A DNA stretch of 64,000 nucleotides, from IMG/VR virus record IMGVR_UViG_3300042534_000747. One strand, 5' to 3'. A program made the position numbers and the translations under genes. Origin of the DNA: a virus. Under the pieces are notes generated by a model. The model searched no databases. It saw only the letters and a list, made by a program, of their open reading frames with translations, and was not told the DNA's origin. Every line of letters starts with the position of its first letter. Within the stretch, counting starts at the first letter, position 1. Below, in pieces: positions 54,633 to 64,000 of this stretch.

Positions 54633-55630
54633 ACACCTACTACAAATATCTTTTCATTTCTTTGAACAACAAAGTGCTTATGAGTTATTTTTGGATACCA
54701 GAATGTACCTTTGTAATGTTCAATCTTCTTAAATATATCATGATAATTTACATGGAATATTGTTGTAAAATTCTTTTCATGAACCTGTGTTGTCAAAGAT
54801 GCATATGCCCTTCTTTTCTTTACAAAGTTTGTGACATATCCAAGATGCAGACAAAGTACTCTGTAGAATTCCTGAATGTCAATATCATTGTTGATATATG
54901 TAATCAATTCATTCTCAAAGTATGCATTGTTAGAGATATTCATGCCTTCAAAGAGCATTTCTAGTTCATTATGCTTAATGTGAAGCAATTCCCACTTTGG
55001 TTTAAATTCGTCTGTGAATTTTTCATAAATCCATTTGTTAGATTCTACAGGTAGAATTTTAATAGTTTGCTCCTTGAATGGATGTTCATCATCAATTGTC
55101 ATTTTTTCATTGACTGAATATTCATGTTCAACATTCAAAGAATTTACAATTTCAAGAAGAATTGCAAAATCTTCAATTGCCAATTCCATAGACTGATTAA
55201 TTTCAATCTTCTCTTCGTAATTCTTAAATCCTAGTGAAATAATCCATCCGATAAGCATAGCCTGAAGTTCACCTATTGAATTTTCACCATTATAGATGCC
55301 TGAATTCAAGATGTTAAATCCACCATGTGGAGTAATATCTTTAACCTTCTCTTCATGCCATTCATCTTCTGAATATTTCGTTCCACCAGTACCACATTTG
55401 ATGTATTTCAGTATCAATGAAGATTCAGGAGGGATGAAAAAATCATTCCATCTATTTTCAATAGTATAAAGTTCACCTTCATACTCTTCAAGATTCATTC
55501 CTGCAATCTTTTCATACATAATTTCTTTATTCATAGATATAACTGAAATTCTATCATTTCCAGTAAGTTCATCATAAAGTTTCCATCCCTTTTCAGTCAG
55601 GATTTTTGTTGATACATCAATACCTTTCAT
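54629..55630 (-). CDS. Free-standing intein-like protein (Hint plus LAGLIDADG) with catalytic residues substituted
   Basis: GIDVSTKILTEKGWK (block A), IGWIISLG and LFEGMNISN (degenerate LAGLIDADG), YKGTFWYPK..FVVQRNEKIFVVGV (blocks F/G); GGAG RBS. Confidence 0.8.
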   Translation of the reverse strand: MKGIDVSTKILTEKGWKLYDELTGNDRISVISMNKEIMYEKIAGMNLEEYEGELYTIENRWNDFFIPPESSLILKYIKCGTGGTKYSEDEWHEEKVKDITPHGGFNILNSGIYNGENSIGELQAMLIGWIISLGFKNYEEKIEINQSMELAIEDFAILLEIVNSLNVEHEYSVNEKMTIDDEHPFKEQTIKILPVESNKWIYEKFTDEFKPKWELLHIKHNELEMLFEGMNISNNAYFENELITYINNDIDIQEFYRVLCLHLGYVTNFVKKRRAYASLTTQVHEKNFTTIFHVNYHDIFKKIEHYKGTFWYPKITHKHFVVQRNEKIFVVGV

Positions 55631-55896
55631 TTTAATTAACTCCGTTTTCCACTAACCTTTTTGTATATTAATGATTAAATGTTATATCATTAGTATAATT
55701 TTTGTGTATACCATTAATCATATAACTGCAATATTACCTATAAACGTAATCATATATAAAGGTTTGCTTTTTTTCATAGTTATGGTTAAATAGTTTATAT
55801 CAATACAGATGACTTGTATAAAAAAATTAATTAAAAAAATACTTAAAAAATACTTAAAAAAATTAATAAACATAATGTAGATACTTACTTAGTAAA

Positions 55897-56553
55897 TTAT
55901 GTAAACACTGTATTAATGTAATTTTCAAAAGTTTTTGAATTATCAACATTGTATTTTTTATTCAAATAATTCATCATTTCTTTAGATAAATCATCATTTT
56001 TATCTTTTGCTGCCTTATCATCAGATAATTGAAATATGTAAACTAATGGATTTTCATGCATAACTTTAGTTAATTCGTGTGTTGTATATTCACCATATTC
56101 AACAAATTCAGTTGTGAAGTAAATACCCATATGATATTTAATTATTTCTTTTTCTTCATCTGTTAATTTGATAAATCTTTCTAAAATCTCAATACTATAT
56201 TTTCCATGACCTGAATTCAATTCTTTTGAATTGTAAGAGTATGTACCCATATATTCATCATACAAATTAGCTTTGCATATATCATGTAATAAACCACAGA
56301 TGATAATGGTATCTTTAAAAATATATCTGCCAAAATTGTACAATTTACAAAATTGATTAAATTCCCAATATACTTTATAATGATGAATTAATAAACCATG
56401 AAGTCTACTGTTATGAAATTTTGTACTAGCAGGTGCAGAAAAATAATTAGTTTTAGTTTTTATATATTCAATTAAATCTGACATCCCTTCTCTACATACA
56501 GATTCAAGTAGAGTTAAAACTTCAGCTTCTATTATTTTAATATCACAATACAT
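55897..56553 (-). CDS. HD-domain phosphohydrolase
   Basis: APASTKFH..GLLIH, GLLHDICK, GHG..S, IIKYHMG, final D. Confidence 0.88.
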   Translation of the reverse strand: MYCDIKIIEAEVLTLLESVCREGMSDLIEYIKTKTNYFSAPASTKFHNSRLHGLLIHHYKVYWEFNQFCKLYNFGRYIFKDTIIICGLLHDICKANLYDEYMGTYSYNSKELNSGHGKYSIEILERFIKLTDEEKEIIKYHMGIYFTTEFVEYGEYTTHELTKVMHENPLVYIFQLSDDKAAKDKNDDLSKEMMNYLNKKYNVDNSKTFENYINTVFT

Positions 56554-56640
56554 TTTTTAAACCTGAATTAACTATTGTAAGGATATATATAAAGGTTTAT
56601 ATAATTTTAAAAAAGAAAAATGTTAACACTAATAATAGTG

Positions 56641-56949
56641 TTACTTTTCCAAAATAAATAAATCATGTGGTGATACGCATTTGGTTATCATTCTTATGAT
56701 ATCTTTTGATGTTGTATCAATAAAAGCAGTTCCAGATTTTAAATTTTCAGCTATTTTAATGCTATTACTTTTAGAAATATCAATATTGTTCAATTTTATA
56801 ACAGTTGAACGTGAATGTGCAATAAAATCAATTGGTGGTTCTAAATCAAAAGTAGGCTCAATAATCATAGTATCACCTTCTCTATCAATTAGAGCAAGCA
56901 TTTCATCCTTTACTAAATAGTCTATATAATTATTTATTCTCATTTTCAT
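56641..56949 (-). CDS. Hypothetical protein
   Basis: Open frame. Confidence 0.6.
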   Translation of the reverse strand: MKMRINNYIDYLVKDEMLALIDREGDTMIIEPTFDLEPPIDFIAHSRSTVIKLNNIDISKSNSIKIAENLKSGTAFIDTTSKDIIRMITKCVSPHDLFILEK

Positions 56950-57249
56950 GTAATCAACCCTATCGTTTTTATGTGTATTTGATTTGATTTATATTAATTA
57001 TAATATTCCCATATTACGATTTATTATATACGGCAATAGTATATAATAGTAGCCTTTAAATTTTAAATAAGTTGTAATAAATTAACATAAATGTGTTTTA
57101 TTTTTGCACAACGACATTCATCACAACATACAATTAATGTACGTTTTACTATTTAAAACTATTGAATAATATGTACTGAATAATTAAAAGTTGTGTTCAG
57201 AAAAGATTTATATACAATTAAAAAATATTAATATCAAAGGTGAAAATAT

Positions 57250-57615
57250 ATGGTGTCAAATACAATGACAGGCAAAGAAATAGTAGATGGAAAGAAAAAG
57301 GGAAAAATGTTCAGTAGAACAATAACATGCCAACATGCATACAATGAAATTATGAAGAAGTTCAATGAAATTGAATTAACGGCAGAATATTGGCATAGAG
57401 GTAAGGATGTATTCTCAAAAAGAGATTATATGAGAGATGGAAGAAAGAAAGGTCAATTTAAATATGCAAGTTATGATAAAAAAACTGGTAAAGGTATCGG
57501 TAAGCCAATAAAACCACATGCAAATGAAATGCATATTTATGATAAACCAACTCAAACAAGACGTAGAGTTAGAGATTCAGATGGTGTAGAGCATCGTTAT
57601 AGAATGTGGGAATAA
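57250..57615 (+). CDS. Basic hypothetical protein
   Basis: AAGGTGA RBS; TTTATATA upstream. Confidence 0.7.
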   Translation: MVSNTMTGKEIVDGKKKGKMFSRTITCQHAYNEIMKKFNEIELTAEYWHRGKDVFSKRDYMRDGRKKGQFKYASYDKKTGKGIGKPIKPHANEMHIYDKPTQTRRRVRDSDGVEHRYRMWE

Positions 57616-57624
57616 TCCACACAT

Positions 57625-57855
57625 TCATTTTTCTGTGCAAATTTTGCAAATATCACAAACTCTTCTTTCTTTGTTAAAAATAATACATTCTTCTTCTAAA
57701 CATTGCTCTAAGCATTTAGCAATTTCGCATTTTTTACAATTACATAATCCTGTTTCTGTATCAATTAATATATTTACACTTTTAATAATAGTATTAATAG
57801 TTTTATTCCAATTTTCAACATCTATTGACATAATGTAGTGAATGGCATTCAACAT
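57625..57855 (-). CDS. Cys-rich small protein
   Basis: CNCKKC, CLEQC, CDICKIC. Confidence 0.55.
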   Translation of the reverse strand: MLNAIHYIMSIDVENWNKTINTIIKSVNILIDTETGLCNCKKCEIAKCLEQCLEEECIIFNKERRVCDICKICTEK

Positions 57856-57898
57856 ATATAAAAGTATGTTTTTTTAAAAAAGAAAAAATAAAATTATA

Positions 57899-58666
57899 TT
57901 AAATGTATATCTGAAAATGATTCAAATCATACATTGAAGTTAAGTCTTGAACTATTTTTTTCATAATAAATCTATGAATATCGCTTTTTGAATAAAACTT
58001 AATCATAGTATTATGTAAGTGATGATTCCTATTACATACATCAAATGAATCCCATGAATTAATCCATGAATCTGAATTATTCAATTTTAAAACGATTTCC
58101 TTATCATTTGATATTAATTTATCTAATATTAAATCTATTCCATATTCTGATTTAATTTTAAATAATATTCTATTAACATCTTCATAAATTAATTTTTCTT
58201 CTTCATCGGTAATTTTTATTATTCTAGGTTTTATCCATACAGATAATTCAAATACATTTTCATTTACTTTACGTCTGGATAAAATAAAATCAACATTCTC
58301 ATCATATCTAGTTCTAATTTTAATTATTAGTAATTTTTTTACTAATTCAACTGATTTTATAGTTTGATAATTAATACCATCGAACTTAATCCATCCATTA
58401 TTTTTAAAGAATTTAGGTTGAATAATTGTATTTACTTTATTTTCATCATTTATACAAATATTCAATACATCTTTAATGATATCATTAATTTCTTTCATAT
58501 AACAATCATAACATAATTCATCCATTGATTTTTTCATTTCAAGATGTGTTGTTGGATTATTATATATTTTATTAACATATTCATCTGCAAGCCATTTTTC
58601 AATATTTAAATCATTGCCACAACGTGAACAGCAATTGATTACAGAATTTAAATTCATTGTATTCAT
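57899..58666 (-). CDS. Hypothetical protein with N-terminal zinc finger
   Basis: CSRC..CYDC. Confidence 0.65.
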   Translation of the reverse strand: MNTMNLNSVINCCSRCGNDLNIEKWLADEYVNKIYNNPTTHLEMKKSMDELCYDCYMKEINDIIKDVLNICINDENKVNTIIQPKFFKNNGWIKFDGINYQTIKSVELVKKLLIIKIRTRYDENVDFILSRRKVNENVFELSVWIKPRIIKITDEEEKLIYEDVNRILFKIKSEYGIDLILDKLISNDKEIVLKLNNSDSWINSWDSFDVCNRNHHLHNTMIKFYSKSDIHRFIMKKIVQDLTSMYDLNHFQIYI

Positions 58667-59067
58667 TTGTTCAAATCCTTTCTTTCAACTGTTAATTTAT
58701 TCATCATTTCAGGAAATGCAACATTTTCCCACCACGTATTATGTTTAATGACTAAACTCATTAAATCATTAATATTGTTTGATTGTTCTTGTTGTAATTT
58801 TTTACCAATCTTCATTTTAAATATTTCTTTATCAATATATTGTAATGCACCTAGTAATGATGTGTAATAAGCACATGGAATAAATGTTTTATTTCCTAAT
58901 TCTTTTTTAGAGATAATAAAATTATATTTATTGGTTGAAAAATAAAATTTTCCTACTAAATGAATAGGATTTTTATTTACTCCTTCAACATCTTCAGTTT
59001 CTTCAGTTTCTTCTATTTCTTCCAATTCTTCATCAAATTCTTCTTCTAATTCCATTTCTTTATCCAT
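58663..59067 (-). CDS. Protein with acidic N-terminus
   Basis: EEEFDEELEEIEETEETED; AGGTGA RBS. Confidence 0.65.
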   Translation of the reverse strand: MDKEMELEEEFDEELEEIEETEETEDVEGVNKNPIHLVGKFYFSTNKYNFIISKKELGNKTFIPCAYYTSLLGALQYIDKEIFKMKIGKKLQQEQSNNINDLMSLVIKHNTWWENVAFPEMMNKLTVERKDLNK

Positions 59068-59079
59068 TTATTAATCACC

Positions 59080-59661
59080 TTAATCAAGACATACATAAGA
59101 ATCAATATTTGCTAACTTATTAAAAAAATTAAGTCTAGCATTACTATCGCCATTCATGAGTGTATATTTCACTTTATGAAAATCAAAAATTGATTTCATT
59201 TTTTCAAACATTAAATCTGAATCTTTAGCTTCGCCAAATCGTGTACCATCTTTTATAAAATCATGAACACGTTCTAGTAAAATGATTTCATCATATCTAT
59301 TAATCTCTTTTAAAAATTCATGATACATTGATGTTAAAACTGCAATATCATGTGAATCATAAATATCAATTTTATCCATGATATAAAAATATGATAAAAA
59401 TGTAGGTGAATCAGTCACCATTACATTTATTGCATCAGGGATAATATCTTCTTTATGTTTTTGATGATTTAGTACTCTAAATTGGTCTGAAGGGTCACGA
59501 ACTGACCATCCGTAATTAAATTCTTCTCTTATCCATTCTTGTACAAGCTCTACACTAATGTTATTTTCTTTGCAAAGTGTGAATATACCTGCTGCAAATG
59601 CAGATTTACCAGAGCATGAACCACCTGTTACAGCAATTTTATACATTTTATTTACATCCAC
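59080..59661 (-). CDS. AAA_28/NadR-type P-loop kinase
   Basis: IAVTGGSCSGKS, ELVQEWIRE, VTDSP. Confidence 0.85.
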   Translation of the reverse strand: MDVNKMYKIAVTGGSCSGKSAFAAGIFTLCKENNISVELVQEWIREEFNYGWSVRDPSDQFRVLNHQKHKEDIIPDAINVMVTDSPTFLSYFYIMDKIDIYDSHDIAVLTSMYHEFLKEINRYDEIILLERVHDFIKDGTRFGEAKDSDLMFEKMKSIFDFHKVKYTLMNGDSNARLNFFNKLANIDSYVCLD

Positions 59662-60421
59662 AGATGAAACCTTTTGTTGATGGCATCATTTTTGATTTTA
59701 ATGTAGGTTTTCTACATTTTGCACATTCTTCATATTTTAACAATTTATCTTTAATATTTTCATAATCATTGTTGTACATATGAACGTCATACCCATTAGC
59801 ATAAATATCAGTTAATTTAATATCTGAATTTGCATCTTTGAATGCTTTTTGAATGCCATATACAATACCTACTAAATTAGCAGGAAGTCCACCAAATGCA
59901 TCCCATGAACGATATGTAATATATAAAATAGCTTCAGTTTCATTAAGCAATTCAAGTTTATAAGCTATCCAACATGGTTGGTCTTGATATTTGGGAATAT
60001 GTGTTTCATTCTCCCACAGGACACCTACATGCCTTCTAGAACCCACTCTAAGCGATTCAATATTAGCTTTAACTGTATTGTATGCTTCAGCACCATATCT
60101 AAAAAGTTGCTTTGCATAACAATATTCAAACTTCTTTTTATCATCATCTGCAAGTGACATATACCAATCTGCATACTCTTCAGTGAGTTCATCTCTATAC
60201 TTATCAATGGTTTTATTGCCAAATGGACAAAGATGTTCATTAATTTGATTATTTATTATATCTTTAATATGAAATAATGCACAAACTCTTTTTGTTGGCG
60301 TTCCTTTATAATCAGGATAATGCATCACTCCCTCTTTATGTATGTTCCATAAAATTTGTAAATATGCATCTGATATTGATTCTGCTTCGATTTTAATAAT
60401 AGGTGGTCTTTCATTAGTCAT
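59648..60421 (-). CDS. thyA: Thymidylate synthase family (archaeal-type) with C-terminal Cys cluster
   Basis: SRRHVGVLW, DQPCW, YRSWDAFGGLPAN, VHMY. Confidence 0.8.
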   Translation of the reverse strand: MTNERPPIIKIEAESISDAYLQILWNIHKEGVMHYPDYKGTPTKRVCALFHIKDIINNQINEHLCPFGNKTIDKYRDELTEEYADWYMSLADDDKKKFEYCYAKQLFRYGAEAYNTVKANIESLRVGSRRHVGVLWENETHIPKYQDQPCWIAYKLELLNETEAILYITYRSWDAFGGLPANLVGIVYGIQKAFKDANSDIKLTDIYANGYDVHMYNNDYENIKDKLLKYEECAKCRKPTLKSKMMPSTKGFICGCK

Positions 60422-60432
60422 TTTTTAACTCC

Positions 60433-60750
60433 TTAATAAACATTATTATTCATTGAGTATATCATGTAAAAATTCACACATAAAATATATATCAATTTTA
60501 TTAAAATTGGTTTTTTAATATTCAATATTTTAATCGTATTCTTTTTAATATACAATGAAAAATTACCATTGAAATTATATACATATCTAATTAAAAATAC
60601 TAATATAAATTCAATTATTGGAAATGTTTGAAATGCATAATTTTGTATAAATACTATTATAAAGCCAAAATATGCAATATATTTTAAATATTGTATTATA
60701 TATTCAAATACAGGCATTTCCAACAAAGAATCGTTTTTAGTATTATCCAT
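60433..60750 (-). CDS. Membrane protein
   Basis: Hydrophobic segments. Confidence 0.6.
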   Translation of the reverse strand: MDNTKNDSLLEMPVFEYIIQYLKYIAYFGFIIVFIQNYAFQTFPIIEFILVFLIRYVYNFNGNFSLYIKKNTIKILNIKKPILIKLIYILCVNFYMIYSMNNNVY

Positions 60751-60755
60751 ATTAT

Positions 60756-61298
60756 TTATCTTCCAAAATTACTAATTACTTTTTTCATTTGAGCAAGTCT
60801 TTCTTCAATTGTTCCTGTAAGAGTGTAGTATTTAATATTGTTTTCATCAAGGAATTTCTTAATGTTTTTATCAACTTGTTCTCTTGTATCTGCTTTAAAT
60901 CTTCCATCTTCATCTATGAATGGGAATTCAATAGGAATATAGAAAATAATATTGTACAGATAAAGATTTTCTAATACCATACCTTTATACATATCAGGAT
61001 ATTTTACATCTTCAAGAAGTTCATAATATGCATAATTGTCAATTACAGTTCTATCAGTAATTATATTGTTAAAATCTACAGATAGTTCATGTAGTGTTTT
61101 TACATGATTGAGTAGATAAATGAATTGAAGTGTTTCATCTCCTTTAGCCCATGCATCTTTATATTGAGGATATTCAGCAATTAATGAACGAATTCCTTCA
61201 ATAAATTTAATATAATTATCATCTTTACAAAATTCTTCAATCAATGAAGTTTTTCCTGTGCAGTGAGCACCACATATTCCAATATTCATGTAATACAA
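60756..61298 (-). CDS. AAA_28/NadR-type P-loop kinase
   Basis: IGICGAHCTGKTSL, IITDRTVIDNYAY, DGR, GTIEERL. Confidence 0.88.
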   Translation of the reverse strand: MYYMNIGICGAHCTGKTSLIEEFCKDDNYIKFIEGIRSLIAEYPQYKDAWAKGDETLQFIYLLNHVKTLHELSVDFNNIITDRTVIDNYAYYELLEDVKYPDMYKGMVLENLYLYNIIFYIPIEFPFIDEDGRFKADTREQVDKNIKKFLDENNIKYYTLTGTIEERLAQMKKVISNFGR

Positions 61299-61407
61299 TC
61301 AATGTTCTTCATTATATTTAAATGTTATGTAAAAATGATATGGAGTAATTGTATTCTAAGCTAAATTATAAGAAGATTTATAAGTAATTAAATACATTGG
61401 TTCTACT

Positions 61408-61809
61408 ATGAAAAATAAAGATTTGTTTGAATCTACACAAAATAAAAAATATGAATTTACTAGTTTTTTGTATGATGTCAGATATATAATTTTGTTATAT
61501 ATTATCGGTGATATTTCATCAACTTATTATGCAATAAATATGCAATTTGGAACTGAAGGAAATGGTATTTTAAGTAGTTTATTTGAAACATATGGAATGA
61601 TAACAACATTAGTATTTTTGAAAACTATATTTGTACTAATATTATATACTGTATTTTTGTATAAGGATAATCATAAAAAAATCATAAAAGTGAATAATAA
61701 AAAAGTAACTGGATGGTATTTAATTAAAAACTATTTAATTATTTTAGGAATAATAATTTGTATGAATAATTTTTATGTCATTATTTATAATACATTTATA
61801 ATAAATTGA
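61408..61809 (+). CDS. DUF5658-like membrane protein
   Basis: IIGDISSTYYA..GTEGN..LVFLKT; three TM segments. Confidence 0.6.
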   Translation: MKNKDLFESTQNKKYEFTSFLYDVRYIILLYIIGDISSTYYAINMQFGTEGNGILSSLFETYGMITTLVFLKTIFVLILYTVFLYKDNHKKIIKVNNKKVTGWYLIKNYLIILGIIICMNNFYVIIYNTFIIN

Positions 61810-61838
61810 AAAATCATATTTTCATATGATTTCTTTTT

Positions 61839-62210
61839 TCAAACTACTGGTTGAGCTATATAGACATATTTAAAGAATATGATTATTGATGTATATATTA
61901 ATCCTACAATACCTAAAAACAAATATGGTATATTTTTTTGTAAATATGGAACTATTATAAATAATATTGATGATACTAAAAAGCATATAACTGTATAATC
62001 AGAATATGTTGACATATCAGCATTCCCACTCATCCAATATGATACACTTACACCTTTTGTTAAAAGACTAAAAAATACCATCAGAATACTACATACAAGT
62101 AACCATTCTCCTTTTCCCCAATTCAAAATAGGTTTCGCTTCCAATTTTTTAACAGTTTTTTCACTTTTTTTAACATATTTTTGAATAAAATGTTTTTTAT
62201 TTATAACCAT
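61839..62210 (-). CDS. Membrane protein
   Basis: Basic N-terminus and three TM segments. Confidence 0.65.
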   Translation of the reverse strand: MVINKKHFIQKYVKKSEKTVKKLEAKPILNWGKGEWLLVCSILMVFFSLLTKGVSVSYWMSGNADMSTYSDYTVICFLVSSILFIIVPYLQKNIPYLFLGIVGLIYTSIIIFFKYVYIAQPVV

Positions 62211-62267
62211 ATAATCACGTAAGTAATAAATAAATTTAAAAGTATATAAAGATTTTTAGAAAAGATA

Positions 62268-62612
62268 TTAAATGAATTTCTGAATATATAGTTTTACATT
62301 GTCATTAATTGAATAGCAATGGTCACATATTTTTATTTTACCATTTATAGCATCTTCTTTATTTTCATCAATATAATTTATTGGAATTGCAAAATCCAAT
62401 GGTTCTATATTAATTGCAAAATCCTGTAGTGCAGCAATCATTAATTTAACATTATCATTAAAAATTTGATAAAAAATAAAATAATAACCATTTAATTCTT
62501 TTTCTCTTTCAATTGCATCATCTAAATTGTTAAAATTAGGATTAAAATAATCATATGGTGTTAAATCCCATAAAATTTTATCACTTATTTCAAATAAATC
62601 TAATAGGTTCAT
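62268..62612 (-). CDS. Hypothetical protein, weak resemblance to DVU0772-like proteins
   Basis: ILWDLTP..YYFIF..YSINDNVKLYI. Confidence 0.45.
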   Translation of the reverse strand: MNLLDLFEISDKILWDLTPYDYFNPNFNNLDDAIEREKELNGYYFIFYQIFNDNVKLMIAALQDFAINIEPLDFAIPINYIDENKEDAINGKIKICDHCYSINDNVKLYIQKFI

Positions 62613-62673
62613 ACTGATAAATATAAAACTTATTAGTATATAAAATTAATTATAAAAAAAGAAAATAAGATAT

Positions 62674-64000
62674 TTACGTATCTTTTCTTGTATTGTAATA
62701 AATGAATACAACTACAATAAATGTTAATACACCTATTAATTCTTTTGCATAATCTCTTAATACATCATTAATAGTTGTAGAATCTATATTTTCAGATATA
62801 ACATCAACATCATTTGTTTCATTTATTTCATCAATTACTGGTGTATCATAATCATATGAACTACTTCCACCACTACTTGAACGAACTACAGGAGTCATTG
62901 CAACTGTATAAACTAAAGCAGAATTCATTGTTTCACTATCATCATTTATTGAATATAGGTTTAGTGTATATGTTCCAACATCTGTATAATCAAATGTAGT
63001 TGTCCAAACATTTCCTTCTATATTAGTAAGTGATACTAAATAAGTATCAACTGGTGTTGTAATTGACAATACTGCATTTGTTATTTCTGTGTCAAATTCA
63101 GTAGTTAATGTTACATCTGTACCTGTTGTTACTGATTCAGATGATAATTCTTCTGAAACAATTGTAACAGATTCTAATGGTGCTTCAGTTACTTCATATG
63201 TTAAAGCACTTTCAAATATTTCACTTTCACTATTAACTGCATAGTCACCTAATGTATATGTTCCAACATCTGTATAATCAAATGTTACTGACCATGTGTT
63301 TCCTACAGTATTACTCATAAATGCTGAATCACTGCCTAATGGTGTTGTGATTGAAATTGAAACATCATCTATTGCAGTATTAAAGGTGATGGTTAATGTT
63401 ACATCTGTTCCAGTAGTCACGGATTCTGATGATAATTCTTCTAAATTAAGAGCAATTGGTATATCAGTTACTTCATATGTTAAAGCACTTTCAAATATTT
63501 CACTACCACTATTAACAAAATAATTGCCTAATGTATATGTTCCAATATTATCATAGTCAAATGTTGCAACCCATGTATTTCCACCTGAATTACTCATAGG
63601 CAATTCATATGTAGTCACTGGTGTTGTGATTGAAATTGAAACATCATCTATTGCAGTATTAAAGGTGATGGTTAATGTTACATCTGTTCCAGTAGTCACG
63701 GATTCTGATGATAATTCTTCTAAATTAAGAGCAATTGGTATATCAGTTACTTCATATGTTAAAGCACTTTCAAATATTTCACTACCACTATTAACAAAAT
63801 AATTGCCTAATGTATATGTTCCAATATTATCATAGTCAAATGTTGCAACCCATGTATTTCCACCTGAATTACTCATAGGCAATTCATATGTAGTCACTGG
63901 TGTTGTGATTGAAATTGAAACATCATCTATTGCAGTATTAAAGGTGATGGTTAATGTTACATCTGTTCCAGTAGTCACGGATTCTGATGATAATTCTTCT
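62674..64000 (-). CDS. Large Thr/Ser-rich surface protein with tandem 93-aa Ig-like repeats and C-terminal TM; 5' end lies outside the window
   Basis: Frame open to 64000; repeats TTGTDVTLTITF..GTYTL..ALTYEV; SSSGGSSS linker; TM plus RKDT tail. Confidence 0.85.
   Translation of the reverse strand, partial: EELSSESVTTGTDVTLTITFNTAIDDVSISITTPVTTYELPMSNSGGNTWVATFDYDNIGTYTLGNYFVNSGSEIFESALTYEVTDIPIALNLEELSSESVTTGTDVTLTITFNTAIDDVSISITTPVTTYELPMSNSGGNTWVATFDYDNIGTYTLGNYFVNSGSEIFESALTYEVTDIPIALNLEELSSESVTTGTDVTLTITFNTAIDDVSISITTPLGSDSAFMSNTVGNTWSVTFDYTDVGTYTLGDYAVNSESEIFESALTYEVTEAPLESVTIVSEELSSESVTTGTDVTLTTEFDTEITNAVLSITTPVDTYLVSLTNIEGNVWTTTFDYTDVGTYTLNLYSINDDSETMNSALVYTVAMTPVVRSSSGGSSSYDYDTPVIDEINETNDVDVISENIDSTTINDVLRDYAKELIGVLTFIVVVFIYYNTRKDT
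63340..64000. repeat. Perfect 279-bp tandem repeat (at least 2.3 units visible)
   Basis: AAAGGTGATGG recurs at 63382, 63661, 63940 with identical intervening sequence. Confidence 0.9.

Noticed and set aside
57023-57049. Perfect 10-bp palindrome TATTATATAC-N7-GTATATAATA as a novel site
   Set aside because: Almost all A/T and explainable as back-to-back TATA-like elements in a divergent intergenic region
1-64000. Assignment as a Borg or as a tailed virus
   Set aside because: Perfect tandem repeats are few, and no capsid, terminase, portal, polymerase or terminal repeat is visible; class cannot be fixed from this window

Overview
Very AT-rich (judged by eye, not computed), gene-dense 64 kb segment of a large archaeal mobile element, either a virus or a megaplasmid-like replicon. 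No capsid, terminase or polymerase gene is visible in this window. Archaeal BRE/TATA promoters (AAACATTTATATA-type), GGTGA ribosome-binding sites, an archaeal-type thymidylate synthase, PKD/GLUG/Ig-like surface proteins and DUF2080/DUF5658-like genes suggest a methanogen-like euryarchaeal host (inference). Most of the window is small single-gene or short-operon 'early-type' cassettes, many in divergent paralog families. Recognisable genes: five tRNAs (Asn, Thr, Gly, Lys, Leu), a tyrosine recombinase, a serine resolvase, Thg1-like, ThyA-like flanked by two AAA_28 P-loop kinases, an HD protein, LMW-PTP, YopX, a YkgJ-type Cys cluster protein, a P22 gp17-like protein, a secreted transglutaminase-like protein and a 55-aa 2x[4Fe-4S] ferredoxin missed by the ORF track. 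The most unusual signals: (1) a promoter-bearing three-hairpin non-coding unit (about 48.84-49.08 kb) whose loops carry two exact copies of the reverse complement of the TTGTAGGTGA leader/RBS shared by many cassette genes, a candidate anti-Shine-Dalgarno master sRNA, paired with a CACCTA-N11-TAGGTG operator over the same promoters; (2) a free-standing full-length intein whose splicing and LAGLIDADG catalytic residues are all substituted; (3) a tandem family of about nine divergent proteins sharing a C-terminal P[YF]W motif, with a deletion scar; (4) a ~310 bp non-coding module duplicated upstream of both tRNA loci; (5) several long perfect hairpins with their own TATA boxes; (6) a probable catalytically dead SpoT/Mesh1-type HD protein. 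All family assignments are from motif recognition, not database searches.
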